Shown here: positions 26,346-36,449 of the stretch, piece by piece
How the letters are laid out: each line of letters opens with the position of its first letter
Position numbering within the stretch: position 1 is the first letter of the stretch
Origin: Alphaproteobacteria bacterium
GTDB lineage: Bacteria > Pseudomonadota > Alphaproteobacteria > Bin95
Reading direction: 5' to 3'
Length of the DNA: 64,000 nt
Assembly (NCBI GenBank): GCA_964291285.2
Contig: OZ219789.1
Span: 64,001 to 128,000, forward strand
The notes under the pieces: model-generated
Seen by the model: the letters and a program-made list of their open reading frames with translations, nothing else
Databases searched by the model: none
Told to the model about the DNA's origin: nothing
Position numbers and translations under genes: made by a program

Positions 26346-26804
26346 TCACGGGCTCCCATCCGCCCAGCGGCTCATGACCGTGCGCTTCTCGACGCCGTAG
26401 CCGAGCCCTTCGTAGAAGCGGCGCACCGCCTCGTTTTCCTCGCGGATCATCAGCATGACCTTGGGCGCGCCGGCCCTGGCGAGCCAGGCTTCGGCATGGC
26501 GCATCAACCGTTCACCCAGACCCTGCGAGCGGTGTTCCTGTGCAACGGCGAGGTAGTAGACCCAGCCCCGATGGCCTTCATATCCGGCCATGACGCTGCC
26601 CGCGATCGCGCCGTCGCCGCCGGAGACCGCAACGAAGATGTCGGACGAAGCGTTGGCGCACGCGCTTTCGATATCGCGACACGGGTCGTTCCAGGGCCGC
26701 ACCAGCCCGCAGACGCGCCAGAGTTTCGCAACGCCGTCCTCGTCCCCGTCGCGGATCGGGCGGATAGCGAACCCGTCCCGGCCTCCCTCTTCGCCGCCTC
26801 GCAT
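26346..26804 (-). CDS. GNAT acetyltransferase, YpeA-like
   Basis: LVRPWNDP, MAGYEGHRGWVYYLAV and FYEGLGY motifs. Confidence 0.88.
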   Translation of the reverse strand: MRGGEEGGRDGFAIRPIRDGDEDGVAKLWRVCGLVRPWNDPCRDIESACANASSDIFVAVSGGDGAIAGSVMAGYEGHRGWVYYLAVAQEHRSQGLGERLMRHAEAWLARAGAPKVMLMIREENEAVRRFYEGLGYGVEKRTVMSRWADGSP

Positions 26805-26924
26805 CCCGCACCTTCGCTCGCGCCCGTTCTGCCGCGATAGTAGGACAGATGCCGCCCTCTGGCGCGCGGGCTTCGTTCGCGGCATCATCCGGCCCTTCCC
26901 CATCCCTGCCCGGAGGTCGGTCCC

Positions 26925-28145
26925 ATGGCTCGGCGCGGCATGAGTTTCGGCGTCTTCCTCGCTCCCTTCCACGCGCTCGGCGAAAACCCGACCGTCGCCA
27001 TGAGCCGGGACATGGAGCTGATCGAATGGCTCGACCATCTGGGCTATGACGAGGCCTGGATCGGCGAGCACCATTCCGCCGGTTGGGAGATCATCGCAGC
27101 GCCCGAGATCTTCATCGGCGCCGCGCTGGAGCGCACGAAGCACATCAGGCTCGGCTCCGGCGTGACCTCCCTTCCCTACCACCACCCGATGCTGGTGGCG
27201 CAGCGCTTCGTGCAGCTCGACCATATGAGCCGCGGGCGGACCATGCTCGGCTGCGGGCCGGGCGCGCTGGTGACCGACGCCTACATGATGGGCATCAAGC
27301 CGACCGACCAGCGCCGGCGGATGATCGAGTCGCTGGACGCCATCGTGGCGCTGCTGGAATGCGGCGAGCCGGTGACGATGGAGACCGACTGGTTCACGCT
27401 CCGGGAAGCGCGGCTGCATCTGGCGCCCTGGACCGAGGGGCGCTTCCCGATCGCCGTCGCCTCCACCATCACCCCCTTCGGCATGATGGCCGCCGGGCGC
27501 CACGGCATCGGCGTGCTCTCCATCGGGGCCGGCATTCCGGGCGGGCCGGAAATGCTGGCGAAGCAGTGGCAGATCGCCGAGGAGGAGGCCGCGAAGCACG
27601 GCAAGACGATGGACCGCAGGGACTGGCGCGTGGTCGTCAACATGCACCTCGCGGAGGACGACGAGGAGGCGCTGCGCCAGGTGCATGCCGGCGAGCGGCT
27701 CGAAACCGTGACCTATTTCGAGGAAACGCTCGGCCGCCCGCCCGGCCGCGCCGACGACCCCGTCCGCGAGGGCGTGAAGATGGGCACGACGCTGATCGGT
27801 TCGCCGGAGACCGCCATCAAGGGCATCGAATACCTGCTGGAGCTCTCCAAGGGCGGCTTTGGCGGCATCCTCTTCCGCGCGAACGAATGGGCGAACCGCG
27901 AGGACACGATGAAGAGCTACGAGCTCTTCGCGCGCTACGTGGCGCCCCGCTTCCAGGGCTCTCTGGACATGCTCCACGGCTCCAACGCCTTCGTGCGCGA
28001 GAACCGGTTGCGGGTGCTGGAGGGCAATGTCGAGGCGGTCAGGCGCGCCTTCACCGACACCGGCCGCGAAGTCCCCGCCGGCTTCGAGGACCGCACGCTC
28101 GGCGCCGGCGACCTGCCGAAGGAGGACGACGCGGCGGCGGAGTAG
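26925..28145 (+). CDS. LLM-class flavin-dependent monooxygenase
   Basis: FGVFLAPFH, GYDEAWIGEHHSAGWE, IRLGSGVTSLPYHHP. Start at 26925 or 26940. Confidence 0.9.
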   Translation: MARRGMSFGVFLAPFHALGENPTVAMSRDMELIEWLDHLGYDEAWIGEHHSAGWEIIAAPEIFIGAALERTKHIRLGSGVTSLPYHHPMLVAQRFVQLDHMSRGRTMLGCGPGALVTDAYMMGIKPTDQRRRMIESLDAIVALLECGEPVTMETDWFTLREARLHLAPWTEGRFPIAVASTITPFGMMAAGRHGIGVLSIGAGIPGGPEMLAKQWQIAEEEAAKHGKTMDRRDWRVVVNMHLAEDDEEALRQVHAGERLETVTYFEETLGRPPGRADDPVREGVKMGTTLIGSPETAIKGIEYLLELSKGGFGGILFRANEWANREDTMKSYELFARYVAPRFQGSLDMLHGSNAFVRENRLRVLEGNVEAVRRAFTDTGREVPAGFEDRTLGAGDLPKEDDAAAE

Positions 28146-28154
28146 CGCAGCTCC

Positions 28155-29012
28155 ATGCCCTTCGCGCAGATCGAAGGCGGGGACATCCACTACGAGCAAC
28201 GCGGCACCGGGCCGGCGCTGGCGATGCTGCTGCCGCAGAGCGGCGGGCCGGTCGGCGTCGGCCCGTTCCTCGACCGGCTGGCGGCGCGCTTCCGGGTCAT
28301 CCGCTACGACCAGCGCAGTACCGGCCGGAGCGCACCCGTGACCGCGCCCGAGGGCATGACCATGGCGGGCCGCGCGGCGGAGCTTGCCGGGCTGCTCGAT
28401 GCGCTCGGGATCGAAAGGACGCACCTGTTCTGCCACTCCACCGGCTGCGGCATCGGCCTCGCATTCGCCGCTTCCCGCCCGGACCGGGTCGCAGGGCTGG
28501 TGCTGGCCAATCCGTGGAGCCACGGCGACGCCCATCTGGCGACCATGCAGCGCCTGCGCGTCGCCGCCGCGCGGGCGCTCGACCCCTACCGTTACGCCTG
28601 GTTCAACGCCAGCCTGCTGTTCCCGCCCGACCATCGCCGCGCACACGCCGAAGCCTTCGAGCGGCTCGCGAGGAATGCCGCGCCTCAGGACGCCGGCGGG
28701 ATCGAGGCCCGTCTGGAGGCGATCCTGGCCTTCGACGCCCGCCCGCTGGCGCCCGGCCTGGCCTGCCCGACCCTTGTAGCGACGGCGGCCGACGACCAGC
28801 TGATGCCGCCCTGGTTCGGCGAGAAGCTGGCGGCGCTGATTCCCGGCGCGGCCCATCTGGCGCTGGAAGGCGGCGGCCACATGCTGCCCGAGACGCGCGC
28901 CGATGCGCTGGCCGAAGCGGTCGCGGCGTTTCTCGGCGCGGCCGCAGCGCCCCGGCAGGATCAGATGCCGGAAAGCTCGAACCCGTCTTCCACCCGGACG
29001 ACGGTGAACTGA
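28155..29012 (+). CDS. Alpha/beta hydrolase (RutD-like)
   Basis: YDQRSTGRS, CHSTG nucleophile elbow, DDQL, GGHM. The 3' end overlaps the convergent lipoprotein gene. Confidence 0.8.
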   Translation: MPFAQIEGGDIHYEQRGTGPALAMLLPQSGGPVGVGPFLDRLAARFRVIRYDQRSTGRSAPVTAPEGMTMAGRAAELAGLLDALGIERTHLFCHSTGCGIGLAFAASRPDRVAGLVLANPWSHGDAHLATMQRLRVAAARALDPYRYAWFNASLLFPPDHRRAHAEAFERLARNAAPQDAGGIEARLEAILAFDARPLAPGLACPTLVATAADDQLMPPWFGEKLAALIPGAAHLALEGGGHMLPETRADALAEAVAAFLGAAAAPRQDQMPESSNPSSTRTTVN

Positions 29013-29482
29013 TTTCCCGTGGAGAAGTTCCGGTAAGTGAACTCGGTCCCGTCGAAGGACACGATCCAGTAAGCGTTCCGGTAGTACGGATCGGCGGGAT
29101 CGGTCTCTATCGGTTTTCCGCTCCACGAACTGGCTTTCGTTATAGTGAAGTAAATCGGCCCGGAGACGCCCCATTCCCCGCGGTGGAACCGCTCCGTATA
29201 TGTCCCGTTTTCCGAGTAAAGCCGAAAGGCCGCGTCGTAGGTGCCATCGACGGACCGGGATATGAGCCACTCCACGCGCCCGCCCGGTTTCGTCGGCTGG
29301 CTTCCGAACCACTTGCCCACCATCGCATTCCAGGTCGCGGTCTCGGAGGCGGTCAATTCGGGCTTGCCGTCCGTAACCGGTATCGAGGACGTGCCCGCCG
29401 GAGCGCAGCCGGACAGGCCCAACAGCGCGAATGCCATGAGGCAGAAGACGCAACCGGCCGTTCTCGCTCCGCGCAGGCGCAT
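28961..29482 (-). CDS. Hypothetical lipoprotein (lipocalin-like beta fold?), copy 2
   Basis: Lipobox LSGC, MVGKWFG motif, paralog of 29656-30177. Confidence 0.75.
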   Translation of the reverse strand: MRLRGARTAGCVFCLMAFALLGLSGCAPAGTSSIPVTDGKPELTASETATWNAMVGKWFGSQPTKPGGRVEWLISRSVDGTYDAAFRLYSENGTYTERFHRGEWGVSGPIYFTITKASSWSGKPIETDPADPYYRNAYWIVSFDGTEFTYRNFSTGNQFTVVRVEDGFELSGI

Positions 29483-29514
29483 GGAACGCCAACTGCCCCA
29501 TCCCGCTTCCCGTT

Positions 29515-29643
29515 TCAAGCCCCGCAAGCTCCTCTCCGAGGCGCGCGAGCGCGGAGTCGAGCCGGGCTGCCGCCTCGTCGATCTCGCCCCGGTCGATGCA
29601 GAGCGGCGGCGCCACCGGGATGACGTGGCCGCCGCGGCCCAGC
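29515..29643 (-). pseudogene. Duplicated 3' fragment of the class III aminotransferase
   Basis: Encodes [28 protein letters not shown]. No start, and a 1-nt deletion removes the in-frame stop. Confidence 0.8.
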
Positions 29644-29655
29644 GCCCCGGCAGGA

Positions 29656-30177
29656 TCAGACGCCGGAAAGCTCGAACCCGTCGTCCACCCGGCGGACGGT
29701 GAACCGGTTTCCGGTGGAGAAATTCCGGTAGGTGAACTCGGTCCCGTCGAAGGACACGATCCAGTAGGCGTTCCGGTAGTACGGGTCGGCGGGATCGGTC
29801 GCCACCGGTTTTCCCCTCCGCGAAGTTGCTTTCGTTATGGTGAAGTAAATCGGCCCGGAGACGCCCCATTCCCCGTATTCGAAATGCTCGCTGTAGTCCC
29901 CGTTTTTCCCGTGAAGCCCGAAGGTCACCTTGTAGGTGCCGTCGACGGACCGGGACAAGAGCCACTCCATGCGCCCGCCCGATTTCGTCGGCTGGCTTCC
30001 GAACCACTTGCCCACCATCGCATTCCAGGCCGCGGTCTCGGAGGCGGTCAATGCGGGCTTGCCGGCCGTAACCGGTATCGACGACGTGCCCTTCTGGGCA
30101 CAGCCGGACAGGCCGAACAACGCGAATGCCATGAGGCAGAAGACGCAACCGGCCGTTCTCGCTCCGCGCAGGCGCAT
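29656..30177 (-). CDS. Hypothetical lipoprotein, copy 1
   Basis: Lipobox LSGC. Alternative TTG start at 30213 overlaps the aminotransferase stop. Confidence 0.75.
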   Translation of the reverse strand: MRLRGARTAGCVFCLMAFALFGLSGCAQKGTSSIPVTAGKPALTASETAAWNAMVGKWFGSQPTKSGGRMEWLLSRSVDGTYKVTFGLHGKNGDYSEHFEYGEWGVSGPIYFTITKATSRRGKPVATDPADPYYRNAYWIVSFDGTEFTYRNFSTGNRFTVRRVDDGFELSGV

Positions 30178-30209
30178 GGGCCGCCTGCTGCCCCGTCCCG
30201 CTTCCCGTT

Positions 30210-31598
30210 TCAAGCCTCCGCAAGCTCCTCCCCGAGGCGCGTGAGCGCGGAGTCGAGCCGGTCCACCGCCTCGTCGATTTCGCCCCGGTCGACGCAGAGC
30301 GGCGGCGCCACCGGGATGACATGGCCGCCGCGGCCCAGCAGGCTGTGCTCGCGCATCTGCCGGACGACGCGACGGTCCAGCCCGGCCTCCTTCGGGAACG
30401 GCTCGCAGGTCTTACGGTCCTTGACCAGTTCGACCGCGCAGAGCAGCCCCATGCCGCCGCGCACATCACCCACGATCCCGTGCTTGCGGAGCGTCTGGAG
30501 GCGCTCGAACAGATAGCCGCCCATCTCGCGCGACCGCTCGGCCATGTCCTCGCCTTCCATGATGTCGAGATTGGCGAGCGCCGCCGCGCAGGAGGCCGGA
30601 TTGCCGCCGAAGGTGATGAGGTGCTGGAAGACCCGCTCCTCCCCGCCGGAGAAGGCGTCCGCGACCTTGCCCGTCGCGACGGCCGCGCCGATGGGCAGGT
30701 AGCCGCTGGTGAGCGCCTTGGCGACGGTGAAGATGTCGGGCTTCACGCCCCAATGCTCCATCGCGAACATCTTTCCCGTCCGGCAGAAGCCGGTGATGAC
30801 CTCGTCGGCGATCAGCAGCACGCCGTAGCGCTCGCAGATCTCGCGCACGGCGGGCCAGTAGTCCGGGTGCGGCACATGGATGCCCGCCGCCGCCGAAATC
30901 GGCTCGCCGATGAAGGCGGCCACCGTCGCCGGGCCCTCGTGCTGGATCGCCCGCTCCACGTCGCGCGCGCATTCCATGCTGCAGGCGCCCGCGTCGGCGC
31001 ACAGGTGGCAGCGGAAGGGCGCGGGCTGGGCCACATGGATATTGCCGGGCACGAGCGGGCCGAAATGCATCGGCACGCTGCCGCCGCCCGGACCGCCGCG
31101 CCCGAGGCTGGTGCAGGCCAGCGTGGCGCCGTGGTATGAGCCGCGCCGGGAGAGCACCTTCCAGCGCGTCGGCTCGCCGTTCAGGTGGTGGTAGTTCTTG
31201 GCGAGCTTGAGCGCCGTCTCGTTCGCCTCCGAGCCGCCGGACACGAAATAGACCCGCGCCGCCTCGTCCTGGCTGAGTCGGGCCAGCCGGCCGGAAAGCT
31301 CCGCCGTCGCCGGGCTCACCGTGTCGCCCGGCGAGAAGGCGAGCTCCAGCATCTGGCGATAGACCGCATCGGCGATCTCCTGCCGGCCGTGGCCGATATT
31401 CACCAGCCAGAGGCCCGACATGGTGTCGAACCAGCGCTCGCCCTCGCCGTCGATCACCCACACGCCCTTGCCATGGGTGACGACCTGAAGGCCGGTCTTG
31501 CCCTCGACATTCCCCGCCGGGCGCGAATGCGGCCAGAAATGGTCCCTGGCGTCGGCCCGCGCCTTGTCGAGGTCCGGGGCGTTGGCGAAATCGGGCAT
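30210..31598 (-). CDS. Class III PLP aminotransferase (omega-amino acid type)
   Basis: [41 protein letters not shown]. Confidence 0.92.
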   Translation of the reverse strand: MPDFANAPDLDKARADARDHFWPHSRPAGNVEGKTGLQVVTHGKGVWVIDGEGERWFDTMSGLWLVNIGHGRQEIADAVYRQMLELAFSPGDTVSPATAELSGRLARLSQDEAARVYFVSGGSEANETALKLAKNYHHLNGEPTRWKVLSRRGSYHGATLACTSLGRGGPGGGSVPMHFGPLVPGNIHVAQPAPFRCHLCADAGACSMECARDVERAIQHEGPATVAAFIGEPISAAAGIHVPHPDYWPAVREICERYGVLLIADEVITGFCRTGKMFAMEHWGVKPDIFTVAKALTSGYLPIGAAVATGKVADAFSGGEERVFQHLITFGGNPASCAAALANLDIMEGEDMAERSREMGGYLFERLQTLRKHGIVGDVRGGMGLLCAVELVKDRKTCEPFPKEAGLDRRVVRQMREHSLLGRGGHVIPVAPPLCVDRGEIDEAVDRLDSALTRLGEELAEA

Positions 31599-31796
31599 GG
31601 CGGGCGGTCTCCCTGCTGCGGCGGGGTTGAAGGCGTCCGGGCAAACTGTAACACCCGCCCCCGGGGCCGAACAGTTCGCGTTCCCGTTCCGGCCGTGCAG
31701 GAACGGGCCCAAGGGAGTTCCTTCAGCCGTTCGCCGCGGCCCGCGCAAATTGCCGACCGGTACTGTCCTGAGATGCCTGCGATGACCATGCACAAG

Positions 31797-32612
31797 TCAT
31801 CCGTCTCTCCCCTCCCCCGCCTCATGCAGCGCCCTCAGCCCCTCCCGGTAGCTCGGATACTGGAGGCGGACGCCGAGTTCGGCCTTGATGCGGGCGTTGG
31901 AGACGCGCTTGCTGTCGCGGTAGAAGCTGGCGGCCATCGGCGAGAGGTCCGCGGTCTCGAACGGCTCGGCAGGGGGCGGGGGCAGGTCCAGCAGGCAGCA
32001 GGCGAACTCCGTCACCTCGGCGGGCGGGGCCGGCCTGTCGTCGGCGAGGTTGTAGGCGCGGCCGGGATTGGGCCGCGCGATGGAGGCCGCCAGCACCGCC
32101 GCAATGTCATCGACATGGATGCGGGAAAACACCTGGCCCGGCTTGACGATGCGCCGCGCGCGCCCGGCCCTCGCCGCCGCAAGCGCGTTGCGGCCGGGCC
32201 CGTAAATGCCTGCGATTCGGAAGACATGCAGCGGCAGGCCCAGCGCAGCCCAGGCGGCCTCCGCCTGCACCCGCCGGCGGCCCCGCCCGCCCGTCGGCTG
32301 CAACGCGCTTTCCTCATCGACCCAGCCGCCGCCCCGGTCCCCGTAAACGCCGGTGGTCGAGAGGTAACCCGCCCAGACGAGCTCGGGAGGCGCCTCGAAG
32401 CCCGGCACGAAGGGGTCGCCCTCCTCGCCCGGCGGCGCGGAGACGAGGAGATGCGTCGCCTCCGGGCGCGCAAAGCGGTTCCAGCCCCGCGCGGCGAACC
32501 GCTCCATCTTCTCCGCGTCGCGCGTCGTGCCCGCGACCTCCCAGCCTTCCGACGCCAGCCGGAGCGCCAGCCGCTCCGCCGAATAGCCGAGCCCGTGGAC
32601 GAAGAGCCTCAC
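31797..32612 (-). CDS. Atypical SDR/NAD-dependent epimerase (YeeZ-like)
   Basis: GLGYSA, YLSTTGVYGD, GIYGPGR, FSRIHVDDIA. Confidence 0.88.
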   Translation of the reverse strand: MRLFVHGLGYSAERLALRLASEGWEVAGTTRDAEKMERFAARGWNRFARPEATHLLVSAPPGEEGDPFVPGFEAPPELVWAGYLSTTGVYGDRGGGWVDEESALQPTGGRGRRRVQAEAAWAALGLPLHVFRIAGIYGPGRNALAAARAGRARRIVKPGQVFSRIHVDDIAAVLAASIARPNPGRAYNLADDRPAPPAEVTEFACCLLDLPPPPAEPFETADLSPMAASFYRDSKRVSNARIKAELGVRLQYPSYREGLRALHEAGEGRDG

Positions 32613-32616
32613 CGGC

Positions 32617-33285
32617 TCAGAAGTCGAGGTCGGCGTAATGGGGGGCCGGCCGCCAGCCCGGCACCCGGTCCGACAGCAGGGGCCGGACCGACGGGCGCGA
32701 CTTGAACCGCGCATACCACTCCTGCGCCGTCGGATGCTCGGCCCAGGAAACCGCGCCCATATAGTCGAGTGACGAAAGATGCGCGCCGGCCGCGACATCG
32801 GCCAGCGAGAAATGGTCGCCCGCCAGCCAGTGGCGCTCCGACAGCAGCATGTCGATATAGCGCAGATGCTGCTCGAGATTGAGCACGCCGGCGCGCACGA
32901 ATTCGGAGTTCGGCGGCCCGTGCCCCGCCAGGCGCTTCATGATGCGCTCGCGGTAGAGGTAGTCCGTCACCTCGGACGCGAATTTGGCGTCGAACCAGAG
33001 GGTGAGGCGGCGGATTTCCGCCCTCGCCAGGGGTCCCGCATCCAGCAGCGCCGGGGCTTCCGCCGTCTCCTCCAGATATTCGACGATGGCCTGGCTCTCC
33101 GCCAGCGCGCGGCCGTCTTCCAGCAGCAGCACCGGCACCGTCCCCGCCGGATTGAGCGCGACAAACGCCTCGCGCCGCTCCCAGACCGGTTCTTCCTCGA
33201 GCGCAAACGGGACCTTGAGTTCACCCAGTACGACACGAACCTTGCGGCAATAGGGCGAAAGCGGCAGATGAAGCAGGGTCGTCAT
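32617..33285 (-). CDS. fzlA: GST-family FtsZ-binding protein FzlA
   Basis: SPYCRKVR, LNPAGTVPVL, KSRPSVRPLL, C-terminal HYADLDF. Divergent from uppP. Confidence 0.8.
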   Translation of the reverse strand: MTTLLHLPLSPYCRKVRVVLGELKVPFALEEEPVWERREAFVALNPAGTVPVLLLEDGRALAESQAIVEYLEETAEAPALLDAGPLARAEIRRLTLWFDAKFASEVTDYLYRERIMKRLAGHGPPNSEFVRAGVLNLEQHLRYIDMLLSERHWLAGDHFSLADVAAGAHLSSLDYMGAVSWAEHPTAQEWYARFKSRPSVRPLLSDRVPGWRPAPHYADLDF

Positions 33286-33373
33286 ATACGCCACCGGAAT
33301 CGGTCCCGCAGTTTAACCCGGAACCTCCGGGCGGTGCTATATCCTCACGGCCTCCTGGGGACCCGGATCGCCC

Positions 33374-34183
33374 TTGCCGCTATATCTCATCGTCCTTCTC
33401 GCACTCGTCCAGGGCATAACCGAATTCCTGCCGGTCAGCTCCTCGGCGCATCTGGTGCTCGTCCACGCCGCCTTCGGAGAACACCGTCCGGAGGAGGCCG
33501 CCGCGCTCGTTCTCGATGTCGCCGTGCATCTCGGCACGCTCGGCGCGGTGCTGGTCTATTTCCGCCGCGACATCGCCCGGCTGGCCGCCGCGGGCCTCGC
33601 CGGCCTCGCCGGACCGCGGCCCGAGGGCTGGGCGCTCGGCTGGCAGGTGGCGGCGGCAGCGGTTCCGGTTGCAGTCGCGGGCGCGCTCCTCAAGGACACG
33701 GTCGCAGCGGACCTCCGCAGCGTCGAGGTCATCGCCTGGGCCACGCTTCTGTTCGGCCTTGTCCTCTGGGCCGCCGACCGCCGGGGCCGGCGCACGAAAC
33801 GGCTCGATTCGCTGCGCCTGCCCCAAGCGCTCGCCATCGGCATGGCGCAGGTCCTGGCGCTGGCGCCCGGTGTCAGCCGCTCGGGCATCACCATGACGGC
33901 CGCGCTGGCGCTGGGCTTCGAGCGGGCGGAGGCGGCGCGCTTCTCCCTCCTGCTCTCGATCCCGGTCATTCTGGGCGCCGGGTTGTGGACCGCGCGGGAC
34001 CTCGCCCGCATGGGCGATCCGTCCATCGCGGCGGCCGCCGGGCTTGCCGCCCTCCTGGCCTTCCTGGCCGCGCTTGCGGCGATTGCCGCCATGATGCGCT
34101 GGCTCGCCCGCGCGAGCTTCACGCCCTTCGTCGTCTATCGCCTCCTGCTCGGCGGGCTGCTGCTCGCCTGGGCCTATTCCTGA
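33374..34183 (+). CDS. uppP: Undecaprenyl-diphosphate phosphatase
   Basis: QGITEFLPVSSSAH, PGVSRSGIT, ARFSLLLSIP. Confidence 0.95.
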   Translation: MPLYLIVLLALVQGITEFLPVSSSAHLVLVHAAFGEHRPEEAAALVLDVAVHLGTLGAVLVYFRRDIARLAAAGLAGLAGPRPEGWALGWQVAAAAVPVAVAGALLKDTVAADLRSVEVIAWATLLFGLVLWAADRRGRRTKRLDSLRLPQALAIGMAQVLALAPGVSRSGITMTAALALGFERAEAARFSLLLSIPVILGAGLWTARDLARMGDPSIAAAAGLAALLAFLAALAAIAAMMRWLARASFTPFVVYRLLLGGLLLAWAYS

Positions 34184-34223
34184 CTTCCCGGCCCGTATCC
34201 GCAGGCAGAAAGGACCGGCCCTC

Positions 34224-35417
34224 TTGACCGCTCTCGAAGGCATTCGCGTCGTCGATCTCACCCGCGTGCTCTCCGGTCCCTGGTGCGCGATGCAGCTCGC
34301 CGACCTCGGCGCGGAGGTGCTCAAGGTCGAGAACCCGGCCGGCGGCGACGACACGCGCAGCTTCCTCTCTCCCGCCCGGGACGGCCATTCGACCTATTTC
34401 CTGACCGTCAACCGCAACAAGAAGAGCATCGCCGTCGACATCACCCGTCCGGAGGGCGCCGAGATCGTGCGCGGGCTCGCGCGTATTTCCGACGTGCTGC
34501 TGGAGAACGCCCGCACAGGCGCGCTCGACCGGCGGGGCCTTGGCTACGAAGAGCTGGCGGCGGAAAATCCGGGCCTCGTCTATTGCTCCATCTCGGGCTA
34601 CGGACGCAGCGGCGCGCTCGCGGACAGGCCCGGCTACGACCCCGTGGCGCAGGGCGAGAGCGGCTTCATGTCGCTGACGGGCGAGCCCGACGGACCGCCC
34701 ATGCGCACCGGCGTCTCGCTGGTGGACATCATGGCCGGCATGTATGCGGCCCAGGCGGTGCTGGCGGCCCTGGTCGCGCGCGGGCGCACCGGCCGGGGCC
34801 AGTGCATCGACGTGCCGCTGTTCGACACCGCCGTCGCCATGACCTCCCATGCCGCGACCGCCTGGCTCGAAGGCGGGGTGGATATCGGCCGGCCCGGCAA
34901 TTCCAACCTGGTCGCCATGCCGGCCGGCCTGTTCGAGGCCGCGGACGGGCCGGTGATGATTACGGTGACGACCGACCGGCTGTTCCGCCGCCTGGCCGGA
35001 GAGGTCTTCCGCCGCCCCGAACTCGCGGACGATCCCGCCTTCGCCACCAACGCCGCGCGCATGGAGAACCGCGAGGCGCTGACCGCGGCGATGAACGCCA
35101 TCCTGAAAGCCGATACGCGGGACGGCTGGATCGCGCGCATGCGGGCCGCAGGCATTCCCGGCGGACCGGTGCGCAGCGTCCCGGAGGCCTTCGCATCCGA
35201 AGAGATGGCGCTGCGCAGCATGGTTGCGACACAGACCCACAGCGCCCTTGGAAAGGTGCAAGCCGTGCGGTCGCCGGTCGCCCTTTCCGGGACGCCGGTC
35301 CGCACACCGGCCGGCGCGCCGCTGCTCGGAGAGCACACCGAGGGCTGCCTTGCCGAACTGTTGGGCTACCCGCCCGAAAGAATCGCCCGCCTCCGCCGGG
35401 AGGGGACGATTCTGTAG
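34224..35417 (+). CDS. CaiB/BaiF family III CoA-transferase
   Basis: RVLSGPWC, LADLGAEVLKVE, NRNKKSI, RPGYD, APLLGEHT. Confidence 0.92.
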   Translation: MTALEGIRVVDLTRVLSGPWCAMQLADLGAEVLKVENPAGGDDTRSFLSPARDGHSTYFLTVNRNKKSIAVDITRPEGAEIVRGLARISDVLLENARTGALDRRGLGYEELAAENPGLVYCSISGYGRSGALADRPGYDPVAQGESGFMSLTGEPDGPPMRTGVSLVDIMAGMYAAQAVLAALVARGRTGRGQCIDVPLFDTAVAMTSHAATAWLEGGVDIGRPGNSNLVAMPAGLFEAADGPVMITVTTDRLFRRLAGEVFRRPELADDPAFATNAARMENREALTAAMNAILKADTRDGWIARMRAAGIPGGPVRSVPEAFASEEMALRSMVATQTHSALGKVQAVRSPVALSGTPVRTPAGAPLLGEHTEGCLAELLGYPPERIARLRREGTIL

Positions 35418-35429
35418 TCCTGAATTGCA

Positions 35430-35459
35430 GAACGCCCCGCCGTTTTCGGCGGGGCGTTC
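35430..35459. terminator. Hairpin between convergent genes
   Basis: Perfect 13-bp stem GAACGCCCCGCCG/CGGCGGGGCGTTC with a TTTT loop. Confidence 0.75.
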
Positions 35460-35487
35460 GCTTGGGTTGTCGGGCTCTCGCCCCAGA

Positions 35488-36351
35488 CTACTTGGAGAGG
35501 GTGACCACAACCCGGCGGTTCAGCACCTCGCGGGTGTTGTCCGGGGTCTTGATCGCAAGGTCCTCCTCGCCGGTTGCCGACATGCTGATGCGATCCTCAG
35601 GCACCAGCAGATCCAGCGTGAAGACCTCATAGACGACCTTGGCCCTCATCTCGGAGACCTTCATGTTATTGCCCTTCGTGCCGCTGGTATCGGCATGGCC
35701 GGAGACGCCAAGCGTCGAGCCCTTGACCTTGCGGAACGACGTGTAGGCCTTGTTGATCTCCTGCTGGGCAGCGCCGGTAATCGCCGTGCTGTTCCAGTCG
35801 AAATAGATCTCCCACGGTCCCATGTCGACGGGCTTGGGCTTGGGCTTGGGCTTGGGCTTCGGTTTCGGCTTCAGCGCCGCTTCCGCGGCACTCGCGCCTT
35901 CCTCGAACATCGCCTTGCAGTTCGCAATATCGCCGGGCTGGAAGTTCTCCTCCAGCTCCTGCAGCCAGCAGTCGAATCCGACCTGAGCCATGGCCGCAGC
36001 CTTTCCGGCCTTCTCGCGCCCGCCGTCGTCCAGGATGGTCTCGAGCCGCGCCTGGGCGATCTCCACTTCCAGCTTGGCGTCGGCCGGCAGCGCGCGCGCA
36101 GACGGCTGCTCAGGCATGACGTCGGCGCCGCCCGCAACCGCCAGCACGCGATCAGCAAAGACGCGGGCGTCCTGCCAGTCCGCTTCGGCGGCTTCCATGT
36201 CTGCAAGCTTCTTGTAGCCCTCGATCAGACCCATCTGGAAGTCGGACCCGGTCGCCTCGGCCATCTGCGCATCTTTCAGGCTTGATGCGCATCCCCCGAG
36301 CGCAAGCGCAGCGGCCCCGACCACAACATAGGCAGTGATCCGTGACAGCAT
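35488..36351 (-). CDS. OmpA-family lipoprotein with (KP)6 linker
   Basis: Lipobox LGGC, AQVGFDCW, IYFDWNS, GHADTSG, NRRVVV. Confidence 0.9.
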   Translation of the reverse strand: MLSRITAYVVVGAAALALGGCASSLKDAQMAEATGSDFQMGLIEGYKKLADMEAAEADWQDARVFADRVLAVAGGADVMPEQPSARALPADAKLEVEIAQARLETILDDGGREKAGKAAAMAQVGFDCWLQELEENFQPGDIANCKAMFEEGASAAEAALKPKPKPKPKPKPKPVDMGPWEIYFDWNSTAITGAAQQEINKAYTSFRKVKGSTLGVSGHADTSGTKGNNMKVSEMRAKVVYEVFTLDLLVPEDRISMSATGEEDLAIKTPDNTREVLNRRVVVTLSK

Positions 36352-36449
36352 GTTATTTCCTCGCGATTGGCGTTTCTCGAATTAGCGGGCGGCCCATCGA
36401 CTCGGCCACTCGCTATAGTAGAGACTTATGACCGATTCGCAAACTTTAA

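Larger units (their letters stand above)
28945..30339. repeat. Tandem duplication, period 695-696 bp
   Basis: 28945-29640 aligns with 29640-30336. Each unit holds the lipoprotein gene plus the 3' end of the aminotransferase. Confidence 0.92.

Noticed and set aside
26346-29615. 1089-aa minus-strand ORF
   Set aside because: Shadow frame opposite the LLM and hydrolase genes. Only the last 152 aa (YpeA-like GNAT) and the short aminotransferase relic are recognisable.
28945-30339. Diversity-generating retroelement TR/VR pair (also considered for the pilin pair)
   Set aside because: In the stretch aligned, differences include C/T, G/C and G/T and are not adenine-specific. Both copies are whole genes and there is no reverse transcriptase in the window.
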